Source: Eledone cirrhosa
Lineage: Eukaryota
Assembly: GCA_964016885.1 (NCBI GenBank)
Contig: OZ024744.1
Span: 124,248,001 to 124,312,000 of the forward strand
Length of the DNA stretch: 64,000 nt
Direction: 5' to 3'
The notes beneath the pieces are model-generated. The model was not told the origin of the DNA. It did not search any database and saw only the letters and a program-made list of their open reading frames with translations. The position numbers and the translations under genes were made by a program. The first letter of the stretch is position 1. Each line of letters starts with the position of its first letter. Shown here piece by piece: positions 1 through 14,853 of this stretch.

Positions 1-3000
1 CAGGTAGGACAATAGTCTGTAATAACTTGTCCAACCCATGTATGTAGGACAATAGTCTGTAATAACTTGTCCAACCCATGTATTTAGGACAATAGTCTGT
101 AATAACTTGTCCAAACCATGACAGGTAGGACAATAGTCTGTAATAACTTGTCCAACCCATGACAGGTAGGACAATAGTCTGTAATAACTTGTCCAACCCA
201 TGTATGTAGGACAATAGTGTGTAATAACTTGTCCAACCCATGACAGGTAGGACAATAGTCTGTAATAACTTGTCCAACCCATGACAGGTAGGACGATAGT
301 CTGTAATAACTTGTCCAACCCATGTATGTAGGTCAATAGCCTGTAATAACTTGTCCAATCCATGACAGGTAGGACAATAGTCTGTAATAACTTGTCCAAC
401 CCATGACAAGTACGACAATAGTCTGTAATAACTTGTCCAACCCATGTATGTAGGACAATAGTCTGTAATAACTTGTCCAACCCATGACAGGTAGGACAAT
501 AGTCTGTAATAACTTGTCCAACCCATTTATGTAGGACAATAGTCTGTAATAACTTGTCCAACCGATGACAGGTAGGACAATAGTCTGTAATAACTTGTCC
601 AACCCATGACAGGTAGGACAATAGTCTGTAATAACTTGTCCAACCCATGTATGTACGACAATAGTCTGTAATAACTTGCCTAACCCATGTATGTAGGACA
701 ATAGTCTGTAATAACTTATCCAACCCATGTATGTAGGACAATAGTCTATAATAACTTGTTCAACCCATGTATGTAGGACAATAGTCTGTAATAACTTGTC
801 CAACCCATGACAAGTAGGACAATACTCTGTAATACCTCGTCCAACCCATGACAGGTAGGACAATAGTCTGTAATACCTCGTGTAACCCATGACAGGTAGG
901 GCAATAGTCTGTAATAACTTGTCCAACCCATGTATGTAGGACAATAGTCTGTAATAACTTGTCCAACCCATGACAGGTAGGACAATAGTCTGTAATAACT
1001 TGTCCAACCCATGTATGCAGGACAATAGTCTGTAATAACTTATCCAACCCATGACAGGTAGGACAATAGTCTGTAATAACTTGTCCAACCCATGAGAGGT
1101 AGGGCAATAGTCTGTAATAACTTGTCGAACCCATGTATGCAGGACAATAGTCTGTAATAACTTGTCCAACCCATGACAGGTAGGACAATAGTCTGTAATA
1201 ACTTGTCCAACCCATTCATGTAGGACAATAGTCTGTAATAACTTGTCCAACCCATGTATGTAGGACAGTAGTCTGTAATAACTTGTCCAACCCATGACAG
1301 GTAGGACAATAGTCTGTAATAACTTGTCCATCCCATGACAGGTAGGACAATAGTCTGTAATAACTTGTCCAACCCATGACAGCTAGGACAATAGTCTGTA
1401 ATAACTTGTCCAACCCATGACAGGTAGGACAATAGTCTGTAATAACTTGTCCAACCCATGACATGTAGGACAATACTCTGTAATAACTTATCCAACCCAT
1501 GACAGGTAGGACAATAGTCTGTAATAACTTGTCCAACCCATGTATGTAGGACAATTGTCTGTAATAACTTATCCAACCCATGACAGGTAGGACAATAGTC
1601 TGTAATAACTTGTCCAACCCATGACAGGTAAGACAATAGTCTGTAATAACTTGTCCAACCCATGCCAGGTAGGACAATAGTCTGTAATAACTTGTCCAAC
1701 CCATGACAGCTAGGACAATAGTCTTTAATAACTTGTCCAACCCATGACAGGTAGGGCAATAGTCTGTAATAACTTGTCCAACCCATGACAGGTAGGACAA
1801 TAGTCTGTAATAACTTGTCCAACCCATGTATGTAGGACAATAGTCTGTAATAACTTGTCCAACCCATGACAGGTAGGACAATAGTCTGTAATAACTTGTC
1901 TAACCCATGTATGTAGGACAATAGTCTGTAATAATTTGTCCAACCCATGTATGTAGGACAATAGTCTGTAATAACTTGTCCAACCCATGTATGTCGGACA
2001 ATAGTCTGTAATAACTTGTCTAACCCATGTATGTAGGACAATAGTCTGTAATAACTTGTCCAACCCATGTATGTAGGACAATAGTCTATAATAACTTGTC
2101 CAACCCATGTATGTAGGACAATTGTCTGTAATAACTTGTCCAACCCATGACAGGTAGGACAATAGTCTGTAATACCTCGTCCAACCCATGACAGGTAGGA
2201 CAATAGTCTGTAATAACTTGTCCAACCCATGACAGGTAGGACAATAGTCTGTAATAACTTGTCCAACCCATGACAGGTAAGACAATAGTCTGTAATAACT
2301 TGTCCAACCCATGACAGGTAGGACAATAGTCTGTAATAACTTGTCCAACCCATGTATGTAGGACAATAGTCTGTAATAACTTGTCCAACCCATGACAGGT
2401 AGGACAATAGTCTGTAATAACTTGTGCAACCCATGACAGGTAGGGCAATAGTCTGTAATAACTTGTCCAACCCATGTATGTAGGACAATAGTCTGTAATA
2501 ACTTGTCCAACCCATGACAGCTAGGACAATAGTCTGTAATAACTTGTCCAGCCCATGCCAGGTAGGACAAAGTCTGTAATAACTTGTCCAACCCATGACA
2601 GGTAGGGCAATAGTCTGTAATAACTTGTCCAACCCATGACAGGTAGGACAATAGTCTGTAATAACTTGTCCAACCCATGACAGGTAGGGCAATAGTCTGT
2701 AATAACTTGTCCAACCCATGTATGCAGGACAATAGTCTGTAATAACTTGTCCATCCCATGACAGGTAGGACAATAGTCTGTAATAACTTGTCCAACCCAT
2801 GCATGTAGGATAATAGTCTGTAATAACTTGTCCAACCCATGTATGTAGGACAATAGTCTGTAATAATTTGTCCAACCCATGACAGGTAGGACAATAGTCT
2901 GTAATAACTTGTCCATCCCATGACAGGTAGGACAATAGTCTGTAATAACTTGTCCAACCCATGACAGGTAGGACAATAGTCTGTAATAACTTGTCCAACC

Positions 3001-3851
3001 CATGACAGGTAAGACAATATTCTGTAATAACTTGTCCCACCCATGTATGTAGGACGATAGTCTGTAATAACTTGTCCAACCCATGACAGGTAGGACTATA
3101 GTCTGTAATAACTTGTCGAACCCATGTATGTAGGACAATAGTCTGTAATAAATTGTCCAACCCATGACAGGTAGGACAATAGTCTGTAATAACTTGTCCA
3201 ACCCATGACAGGTAGGACAATAATCTGTTTTAACTTGTCTAACCCATGACAGGTAGGACAATAGTCTGTAATAATTTGTCCAACCCATGTATGTAGGACA
3301 ATAGTCTGTAATAACTTGTCCAACCCATGAAAGGTAGGTCAATATTCTGTAATAACTTGTCCAACCCATGTATGTAGGACAATAGTCTGTAATAACTTGT
3401 CCAACCCATGTATGTAGGACAATAGTCTGTAATCACTTGTCCAACCCATGTATGTAGGACAATAGTCTGTAATAACTTGTCCAAACCATGACAGGTAGGA
3501 CAATAGTCTGTAATAACTTGTCCAACCCATGACAGGTAGGTCAATAGTCTGAAATAACTTGTCCAACCCATGACAGGTAGGACAATAGTCTGTAATAACT
3601 TGTCCAACCCATGACAGGTAAGACAATATTCTGTAATAACTTGTCCAACCCATGTATGTAAGACAATAGTGTGTAATAACTTGTCCAACCCAATTCAGGT
3701 AGGACAATAGTCTAATAACTTGTCCAACTCATGACAGGTAGGACAATAGTCTGTAATAACTTGTCCATCCCATGTATTTAGGACAATAGTCTGTAATAAC
3801 TTGTCCAAGCCATGACAGGTAGGACAATAGTCTGTAATAACTTGTCCAACA

Positions 3852-6800
3852 CATGACAGGTAGGACAATAGTCTGTAATAACTTGTCCATCCCATGACAG
3901 GTAGGACAATAGTCTGTAATAACTTGTCTAACCCATGACAGCTAGGACAATACTCTGTAATAACTTGCCCAACCCATGTATGTAGGATAATAGTCTGTAA
4001 TAACTTGTCCAACCCATGTATGTAGGACAATAGTCTGTAATAATAATTTGTCCAACCCATGTATGTAGGACAATAGTCTGTAATAACTTGTCCAACCCAT
4101 GAAAGGTAGGTCAATAGTCTGTAATAACTTGTCCAACCCATGTATGTAAGACAATATTCTGTAATAACTTGTCCAACCCATGACATGTAGGACAATAGTC
4201 TGTAATAACTTGTCCAACCCATGACAGGTAGGACAATAGTCGGTAATACCTTGTCCAACCAATGACAGGTAGGAGAACAGTCTGTAATAACTTCTCCAAC
4301 CCATTACAGGTAGGACAATAGTCTGTAATAACTTGTCCAGCCCATGCCAGGTAGGACAAAGTCTGTAATAACTTGTCCAACCCATGACAGGTAGGGCAAT
4401 AGTCTGTAATAACTTGTCCAACCCATGACAGGTAGGACAATAGTCTGTAATAACTTGTCCAGCCCATGCCAGGTAGGACAAAGTCTGTAATAACTTGTCC
4501 AACCCATGACAGGTAGGGCAATAGTCTGTAATAACTTGTCCAACCCATGACAGGTAGGGCAATAGTCTGTAATAACTTGTCCAACCCATGAATGCAGGAC
4601 AATAGTCTGTAATAACTTGTCCATCCCATGACAGGTAGGACAATAGTCTGTAATAACTTGTCCAACCCATGCATGTAGGACAATAGTCTGTAATAACTTG
4701 TCCAACCCATGTATGTAGGACAATAGTCTGTAATAACTTGTCCAACCCATGACAGGTAGGACAATAGTCTGTAATAACTTGTCGAACCCATGTATGTAGG
4801 ACAATAGTCTGTAATAAATTGTCCAACCCATGACAGGTAGGACAATAGTCTGTAATAACTTGTCCAACCCATGACAGGTAGGACAATAATCTGTTATAAC
4901 TTGTCTAACCCATGACAGGTAGGACAATAGTCTGTAATAATTTGTCCAACCCATGTATGTAGGACACTAGTCTGTAATAACTTGTCCAACCCATGAAAGG
5001 TAGGTCAATAGTCTGTAATAACTTGTCCAACCCATGTATGTAGGACAATAGTCAGTAATAACTTGTCCAACCCATGTATGTAGGACAATAGTCTGTAATA
5101 ACTTGTCCAACCCATGTATGTAGGACAATAGTCTGTAATAACTTGTCCAAACCATGACAGGTAGGACAATAGTCTGTAATAACTTGTCCAACCCATGACA
5201 GGTAGGTCAATAGTCTGAAATAACTTGTCCAACCCATGGCAGGTAGGACAATAGTCTGTAATAACTTGTCCAACCCATGACAGGTAAGACAATATTCTGT
5301 AATAACTTGTCCAACCCATGTATGTAAGACAATAGTGTGTAATAACTTGTCCAACCCAATTCAGGTAGGACAATAGTCTAATAACTTGTCCAACTCATGA
5401 CAGGTAGGACAATAGTCTGTAATAACTTGTCCAACCCATATATTTAGGACAATAGTCTGTAATAACTTGTCCAAGCCATGACAGGTAGGACAATAGTCTG
5501 TAATAACTTGTCCAACACATGACAGGTAGGACAATAGTCTGTAATAACTTGTCTAACCCATGACAGCTAGGACAATACTCTGTAATAACTTGCCCAACCC
5601 ATGTATGTAGGATAATAGTCTGTAATAACTTGTCCAACCCATGTATGTAGGACAATAGTCTGTAATAATAATTTGTCCAACCCATGTATGTAGGACAATA
5701 GTCTGTAATAACTTGTCCAACCCATGAAAGGTAGGTCAATAGTCTGTAATAACTTGTCCAACCCATGTATGTAAGACAATATTCTGTAATAACTTGTCCA
5801 ACCCATGACATGTAGGACAATAGTCTGTAATAACTTGTCCAACCCATGACAGGTAGGACAATAGTCGGTAATACCTTGTCCAACCAATGACAGATAGGAC
5901 ACTAGTCTGTAATAACTTGTCCAACCCATGTATGTAGGACAATAGTCTGTAATAACTTGTCCAAACCATGACAGGTAGGACAATAGTCTGTAATAACTTG
6001 TCCAACCCATGACAGGTAGGACAATAGTCTGTAATAACTTGTCCAACCCATGAGAGGTAGGACAATAGTCTGTAATAACTTGTCCAACCCATGACAGCTA
6101 GGACAATAGTCTTTAATAACTTGTCCAACCCATGACAGGTAGGGCAATAGTCTGTAATAACTTGTTCAACCCATGACAGGTAGGACAATAGTCTGTAATA
6201 ACTTGTCCAACTCATGTATGTAGGACAATAGTCTGTAATAACTTGTCCAACCCATGACAGGTAGGACAATAGTCTGTAATAACTTGTCTAACCCATGTAT
6301 GTAGGACAATAGTCTGTAATAACTTGTCCAACCCATGTATGTAGGACAATAGTCTGTAATAACTTGTCCAACCCATGTATGTCGGACAATAGTCTGTAAT
6401 AACTTGTCTAACGCATGTATGTAGGACAATAGTCTGTAATAACTTGTCCAACCCATGTATGTAGGACAATAGTCTATAATAACTTGTCCAACCCATGTAT
6501 GTAGGACAATTGTCTGTAATAACTTGTCCAACCCATGACAGGTAGGACAATAGTCTGTAATACCTCGTCCAACCCATGACAGGTAGGACAATAGTCTGTA
6601 ATAACTTGTCCAACCAATGACAGGTAGGACAATAGTCTGTAATAACTTGTCCAACCCATGACAGGTAAGACAATAGTCTGTAATAACTTGTCCAACCAAT
6701 GACAGGTAGGACAATAGTCTGTAATAACTTGTCCAACCCATGTATGTAGGACAATAGTCTGTAATAACTTGTCCAACCCATGACAGGTAGGACAATAGTC

Positions 6801-9800
6801 TGTAATAACTTGTCCAACCCATGACAGGTAGGGCAATAGTCTGTAATAACTTGTCCAACCCATGTATGTAGGACAATAGTCTGTAATAACTTGTCCAACC
6901 CATGACAGGTAGGGCAATAGTTTGTAACAACTTGTCCAACCCATGTATGCAGGACAATAGTCTGTAATAACTTGTCCATCCCATGACAGGTAGGACAATA
7001 GTCTGTAATAACTTGTCCAACCCATGCATGTAGGACAATAGTCTGTAATAACTTGTCCAACCCATGTATGTAGGACAATAGTCTGTAATAACTTGTCCAA
7101 CCCATGACAGGTAGGACAATAGTCTGTAATAACTTGTCCATCCCATGACAGGTAGGACAATAGTCTGTAATAACTTGTCCAACCCATGACAGCTAGGACA
7201 ATAGTCTGTAATAACTTGTCCAAACCATGACAGTTAGGACAATAGTCTGTAATAACTTGTCCAACCCATGACAGGTAGGTCAATAGTCTGTAATAACTTG
7301 TCCAACCCATGACAGGTAGGACAATAGTCTGTAATAACTTGTCCAACCCATGACAGGTAAGACAATATTCTGTAATAACTTGTCCAACCCATGTATGTAA
7401 GACAATAGTGTGTAATAACTTGTCCTACCCAATTCAGGTAGGACAATAGTCTAATAACTTGTCCAACTCATGACAGGTAGGACAATAGTCTGTAATAACT
7501 TGTCCAACCCATGTATTTAGGACAATAGTCTGTAATAACTTGTCCAAGCCATGACAGGTAGGACAATAGTCTGTAATAACTTGTCCAACCCATGACAGGT
7601 AGGACAATAATCTGTTATAACTTGTCTAACCCATGACAGGTAGGACAATAGTCTGTAATAATTTGTCCAACCCATGTATGTAGGACAATAGTCTGTAATA
7701 ACTTGTCCAACCCATGAAAGGTAGGTCAATAGTCTGTAATAACTTGTCCAACCCATGTATGTAGGACAATAGTCTGTAATAACTTGTCCAACCCATGTAT
7801 GTAGGACAATAGTCTGTAATAACTTGTCCAACCCATGTATGTAGGACAATAGTCTGTAATAACTTGTCCAAACCATGACAGGTAGGACAATAGTCTGTAA
7901 TAACTTGTCCAACCCATGACAGGTAGGTCAATAGTCTGAAATAACTTGTCCAACCCATGACAGGTAGGACAATAGTCTGTAATAACTTGTCCAACCCATG
8001 ACAGGTAAGACAATATTCTGTAATAATTTGTCGAAGCCATGTATGTAAGACAATAGTGTGTAATAACTTGTCCAACCCAATTCAGGTAGGACAATAGTCT
8101 AATAACTTGTCCAACTCATGACAGGTAGGACAATAGTCTGTAATAACTTGTCCAACCCATGTATTTAGGACAATAGTCTGTAATAACTTGTCCAAGCCAT
8201 GACAGATAGGACAATAGTCTGTAATAACTTGTCCAACACATGACAGGTAGGACAATAGTCTGTAATAACTTGTCCATCCCATGACAGGTAGGACAATAGT
8301 CTGTAATAACTTGTCCAACCCATGTATGTAGGACAATAGTCTGTAATAACTTGTCCAACCCATGACAGGTAGGACAATAGTCTGTAATAGCTTGTCCAAC
8401 CCATGACAGGTAGGGCAATAGTCTGTAATAACTTGTCCAACCCATGTATGTAGGACAATAGTCTGTAATAACTTGTCCAACCCATGACAGGTAGGGCAAT
8501 AGTCTGTAACAACTTGTCCAACCCATGTATGCAGGACAATAGTCTGTAATAACTTGTCCATCCCATGACAGGTAGGACAATAGTCTGTAATAACTTGTCC
8601 AACCCATGCATGTAGGACAATAGTCTGTAATAACTTGTCCAACCCATGACAGGTAGGACAATAGTCTGTAATAACTTGTCCATCCCATGACAGGTAGGAC
8701 AATAGTCTGTAATAACTTGTCCAACCCATGACAGCTAGGACAATAGTCTGTAATAACTTGTCGAACCCATGTATGTGGGACAATAGTCTGTAATAACTTA
8801 TCCAACCCATGACAGGTAGGACAATAGTCTGTAATAACTTGTCCATCCCATGACAGGTAGGACAATAGTCTGTAATAACTTGTCTAACCCATGACAGCTA
8901 GGACAATACTCTGTAATAACTTGCCCAACCCATGTATGTAGGATAATAGTCTGTAATAACTTGTCCAACCCATGTATGTAGGACAATAGTCTGTAATAAT
9001 AATTTGTCCAACCCATGTATGTAGGACAATAGTCTGTAATAACTTGTCCAACCCATGAAAGGTAGGTCAATAGTCTGTAATAACTTGTCCAACCCATGTA
9101 TGTAAGACAATATTCTGTAATAACTTGTCCAACCCATGACATGTAGGACAATAGTCTGTAATAACTTGTCCAACCCATGACAGGTAGGACAATAGTCGGT
9201 AATACCTTGTCCAACCAATGACAGGTAGGAGAACAGTCTGTAATAACTTCTCCAACCCATTACAGGTAGGACAATAGTCTGTAATAACTTGTCCAGCCCA
9301 TGCCAGGTAGGACAAAGTCTGTAATAACTTGTCCAACCCATGACAGGTAGGGCAATAGTCTGTAATAACTTGTCCAACCCATGACAGGTAGGACAATAGT
9401 CTGTAATAACTTGTCCAGCCCATGCCAGGTAGGACAAAGTCTGTAATAACTTGTCCAACCCATGACAGGTAGGGCAATAGTCTGTAATAACTTGTCCAAC
9501 CCATGACAGGTAGGGCAATAGTCTGTAATAACTTGTCCAACCCATGAATGCAGGACAATAGTCTGTAATAACTTGTCCATCCCATGACAGGTAGGACAAT
9601 AGTCTGTAATAACTTGTCCAACCCATGCATGTAGGACAATAGTCTGTAATAACTTGTCCAACCCATGTATGTAGGACAATAGTCTGTAATAACTTGTCCA
9701 ACCCATGACAGGTAGGACAATAGTCTGTAATAACTTGTCGAACCCATGTATGTAGGACAATAGTCTGTAATAAATTGTCCAACCCATGACAGGTAGGACA

Positions 9801-12800
9801 ATAGTCTGTAATAACTTGTCCAACCCATGACAGGTAGGTAAATAATCTGTTATAACTTGTCTAACCCATGACAGGTAGGACAATAGTCTGTAATAATTTG
9901 TCCAACCCATGTATGTAGGACACTAGTCTGTAATAACTTGTCCAACCCATGAAAGGTAGGTCAATAGTCTGTAATAACTTGTCCAACCCATGTATGTAGG
10001 ACAATAGTCAGTAATAACTTGTCCAACCCATGTATGTAGGACAATAGTCTGTAATAACTTGTCCAACCCATGTATGTAGGACAATAGTCTGTAATAACTT
10101 GTCCAAACCATGACAGGTAGGACAATAGTCTGTAATAACTTGTCCAACCCATGACAGGTAGGTCAATAGTCTGAAATAACTTGTCCAACCCATGACAGGT
10201 AGGACAATAGTCTGTAATAACTTGTCCAACCCATGACAGGTAAGACAATATTCTGTAATAACTTGTCCAACCCATGTATGTAAGACAATAGTGTGTAATA
10301 ACTTGTCCAACCCAATTCAGGTAGGACAATAGTCTAATAACTTGTCCAACTCATGACAGGTAGGACAATAGTCTGTAATAACTTGTCCAACCCATGTATT
10401 TAGGACAATAGTCTGTAATAACTTGTCCAAGCCATGACAGGTAGGACAATAGTCTGTAATAACTTGTCCAACACATGACAGGTAGGACAATAGTCTGTAA
10501 TAACTTGTCTAACCCATGACAGCTAGGACAATACTCTGTAATAACTTGCCCAACCCATGTATGTAGGATAATAGTCTGTAATAACTTGTCCAACCCATGT
10601 ATGTAGGACAATAGTCTGTAATAATAATTTGTCCAACCCATGTATGTAGGACAATAGTCTGTAATAACTTGTCCAACCCATGAAAGGTAGGTCAATAGTC
10701 TGTAATAACTTGTCCAACCCATGTATGTAAGACAATATTCTGTAATAACTTGTCCAACCCATGACATGTAGGACAATAGTCTGTAATAACTTGTCCAACC
10801 CATGACAGGTAGGACAATAGTCGGTAATACCTTGTCCAACCAATGACAGATAGGACACTAGTCTGTAATAACTTGTCCAACCCATGTATGTAGGACAATA
10901 GTCTGTAATAACTTGTCCAAACCATGACAGGTAGGACAATAGTCTGTAATAACTTGTCCAACCCATGACAGGTAGGACAATAGTCTGTAATAACTTGTCC
11001 AACCCATGAGAGGTAGGACAATAGTCTGTAATAACTTGTCCAACCCATGACAGCTAGGACAATAGTCTTTAATAACTTGTCCAACCCATGACAGGTAGGG
11101 CAATAGTCTGTAATAACTTGTTCAACCCATGACAGGTAGGACAATAGTCTGTAATAACTTGTCCAACTCATGTATGTAGGACAATAGTCTGTAATAACTT
11201 GTCCAACCCATGACAGGTAGGACAATAGTCTGTAATAACTTGTCTAACCCATGTATGTAGGACAATAGTCTGTAATAACTTGTCCAACCCATGTATGTAG
11301 GACAATAGTCTGTAATAACTTGTCCAACCCATGTATGTCGGACAATAGTCTGTAATAACTTGTCTAACGCATGTATGTAGGACAATAGTCTGTAATAACT
11401 TGTCCAACCCATGTATGTAGGACAATAGTCTATAATAACTTGTCCAACCCATGTATGTAGGACAATTGTCTGTAATAACTTGTCCAACCCATGACAGGTA
11501 GGACAATAGTCTGTAATACCTCGTCCAACCCATGACAGGTAGGACAATAGTCTGTAATAACTTGTCCAACCAATGACAGGTAGGACAATAGTCTGTAATA
11601 ACTTGTCCAACCCATGACAGGTAAGACAATAGTCTGTAATAACTTGTCCAACCAATGACAGGTAGGACAATAGTCTGTAATAACTTGTCCAACCCATGTA
11701 TGTAGGACAATAGTCTGTAATAACTTGTCCAACCCATGACAGGTAGGACAATAGTCTGTAATAACTTGTCCAACCCATGACAGGTAGGGCAATAGTCTGT
11801 AATAACTTGTCCAACCCATGTATGTAGGGCAATAGTCTGTAATAACTTGTCCAACCCATGACAGGTAGGGCAATAGTTTGTAACAACTTGTCCAACCCAT
11901 GTATGCAGGACAATAGTCTGTAATAACTTGTCCATCCCATGACAGGTAGGACAATAGTCTGTAATAACTTGTCCAACCCATGCATGTAGGACAATAGTCT
12001 GTAATAACTTGTCCAACCCATGTATGTAGGACAATAGTCTGTAATAACTTGTCCAACCCATGACAGGTAGGACAATAGTCTGTAATAACTTGTCCATCCC
12101 ATGACAGGTAGGACAATAGTCTGTAATAACTTGTCCAACCCATGACAGCTAGGACAATAGTCTGTAATAACTTGTCCAAACCATGACAGTTAGGACAATA
12201 GTCTGTAATAACTTGTCCAACCCATGACAGGTAGGTCAATAGTCTGTAATAACTTGTCCAACCCATGACAGGTAGGACAATAGTCTGTAATAACTTGTCC
12301 AACCCATGACAGGTAAGACAATATTCTGTAATAACTTGTCCAACCCATGTATGTAAGACAATAGTGTGTAATAACTTGTCCTACCCAATTCAGGTAGGAC
12401 AATAGTCTAATAACTTGTCCAACTCATGACAGGTAGGACAATAGTCTGTAATAACTTGTCCAACCCATGTATTTAGGACAATAGTCTGTAATAACTTGTC
12501 CAAGCCATGACAGGTAGGACAATAGTCTGTAATAACTTGTCCAACCCATGACAGGTAGGACAATAATCTGTTATAACTTGTCTAACCCATGACAGGTAGG
12601 ACAATAGTCTGTAATAATTTGTCCAACCCATGTATGTAGGACAATAGTCTGTAATAACTTGTCCAACCCATGAAAGGTAGGTCAATAGTCTGTAATAACT
12701 TGTCCAACCCATGTATGTAGGACAATAGTCTGTAATAACTTGTCCAACCCATGTATGTAGGACAATAGTCTGTAATAACTTGTCCAACCCATGTATGTAG

Positions 12801-13801
12801 GACAATAGTCTGTAATAACTTGTCCAAACCATGACAGGTAGGACAATAGTCTGTAATAACTTGTCCAACCCATGACAGGTAGGTCAATAGTCTGAAATAA
12901 CTTGTCCAACCCATGACAGGTAGGACAATAGTCTGTAATAACTTGTCCAACCCATGACAGGTAAGACAATATTCTGTAATAATTTGTCGAAGCCATGTAT
13001 GTAAGACAATAGTGTGTAATAACTTGTCCAACCCAATTCAGGTAGGACAATAGTCTAATAACTTGTCCAACTCATGACAGGTAGGACAATAGTCTGTAAT
13101 AACTTGTCCAACCCATGTATTTAGGACAATAGTCTGTAATAACTTGTCCAAGCCATGACAGATAGGACAATAGTCTGTAATAACTTGTCCAACACATGAC
13201 AGGTAGGACAATAGTCTGTAATAACTTGTCCATCCCATGACAGGTAGGACAATAGTCTGTAATAACTTGTCCAACCCATGTATGTAGGACAATAGTCTGT
13301 AATAACTTGTCCAACCCATGACAGGTAGGACAATAGTCTGTAATAGCTTGTCCAACCCATGACAGGTAGGGCAATAGTCTGTAATAACTTGTCCAACCCA
13401 TGTATGTAGGACAATAGTCTGTAATAACTTGTCCAACCCATGACAGGTAGGGCAATAGTCTGTAACAACTTGTCCAACCCATGTATGCAGGACAATAGTC
13501 TGTAATAACTTGTCCATCCCATGACAGGTAGGACAATAGTCTGTAATAACTTGTCCAACCCATGCATGTAGGACAATAGTCTGTAATAACTTGTCCAACC
13601 CATGACAGGTAGGACAATAGTCTGTAATAACTTGTCCATCCCATGACAGGTAGGACAATAGTCTGTAATAACTTGTCCAACCCATGACAGCTAGGACAAT
13701 AGTCTGTAATAACTTGTCGAACCCATGTATGTGGGACAATAGTCTGTAATAACTTATCCAACCCATGACAGGTAGGACAATAGTCTGTAATAACTTGTCC
13801 A
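3852..13801 (+). repeat. Tandem duplication of a 4956-bp block (~3852-8807 and ~8808-13763)
   Basis: ORF-track coordinates recur at +4956 (4111/9067, 4967/9923, 6166/11122, 7726/12682). Variant order is the same, with only a few differences seen (e.g. GGAC at 4881 vs GGTA at 9837; CATGGC near 5236 vs CATGAC). Confidence 0.92.
7434..8081 (+). repeat. 648-bp (16-monomer) higher-order unit, representative copy; others start at ~12390, 14053, 17017, 18680, 20426, 22089, 27858, 34763, 36426, 52254
   Basis: Consecutive AATTCAGG landmark monomers are spaced 648 bp apart at these 11 places, with the same internal variant order. Confidence 0.88.
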
Positions 13802-14853
13802 ACCCATGTATGTAGGACAATAGTCTGTAATAACTTGTCCAAACCATGACAGTTAGGACAATAGTCTGTAATAACTTGTCCAACCCATGACAGGTAGGTC
13901 AATAGTCTGTAATAACTTGTCCAACCCATGACAGGTAGGACAATAGTCTGTAATAACTTGTCCAACCCATGACAGGTAAGACAATATTCTGTAATAACTT
14001 GTCCAACCCATGTACGTAAGACAATAGTGTGTAATAACTTGTCCTACCCAATTCAGGTAGGACAATAGTCTAATAACTTGTCCAACTCATGACAGGTAGG
14101 ACAATAGTCTGTAATAACTTGTCCAACCCATGTATTTAGGACAATAGTCTGTAATAACTTGTCCAAGCCATGACAGGTAGGACAATAGTCTGTAATAACT
14201 TGTCCAACCCATGACAGGTAGGACAATAATCTGTTATAACTTGTCTAACCCATGACAGGTAGGACAATAGTCTGTAATAATTTGTCCAACCCATGTATGT
14301 AGGACAATAGTCTGTAATAACTTGTCCAACCCATGAAAGGTAGGTCAATAGTCTGTAATAACTTGTCCAACCCATGTATGTAGGACAATAGTCTGTAATA
14401 ACTTGTCCAACCCATGTATGTAGGACAATAGTCTGTAATAACTTGTCCAACCCATGTATGTAGGACAATAGTCTGTAATAACTTGTCCAAACCATGACAG
14501 GTAGGACAATAGTCTGTAATAACTTGTCCAACCCATGACAGGTAGGTCAATAGTCTGAAATAACTTGTCCAACCCATGACAGGTAGGACAATAGTCTGTA
14601 ATAACTTGTCCAACCCATGACAGGTAAGACAATATTCTGTAATAATTTGTCGAAGCCATGTATGTAAGACAATAGTGTGTAATAACTTGTCCAACCCAAT
14701 TCAGGTAGGACAATAGTCTAATAACTTGTCCAACTCATGACAGGTAGGACAATAGTCTGTAATAACTTGTCCAACCCATGTATTTAGGACAATAGTCTGT
14801 AATAACTTGTCCAAGCCATGACAGATAGGACAATAGTCTGTAATAACTTGTCC
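12151..14853 (+). repeat. 1663-bp (41-monomer; 648+1015) higher-order period; also seen at ~16.5-19.5, ~20.1-22.9 and ~34.3-37.2 kb
   Basis: ORF offsets of +1663 (12190/13853, 16817/18480, 20226/21889, 34563/36226). Confidence 0.85.

Noticed and set aside
4037-4050. 3-bp in-frame insertion (GTAATAATAATTTG, about 20 copies) as evidence of coding constraint
   Set aside because: It is simple slippage of the TAATAA micro-repeat, and 1- and 2-bp indel monomers are amplified as well.
4308-4550. 122-bp local duplication of the CAGCCCATGCCAGG..ACAAAG trimer (also near 9264-9506)
   Set aside because: It is real but is ordinary small-scale slippage or unequal exchange, and adds nothing beyond the higher-order structure already reported.
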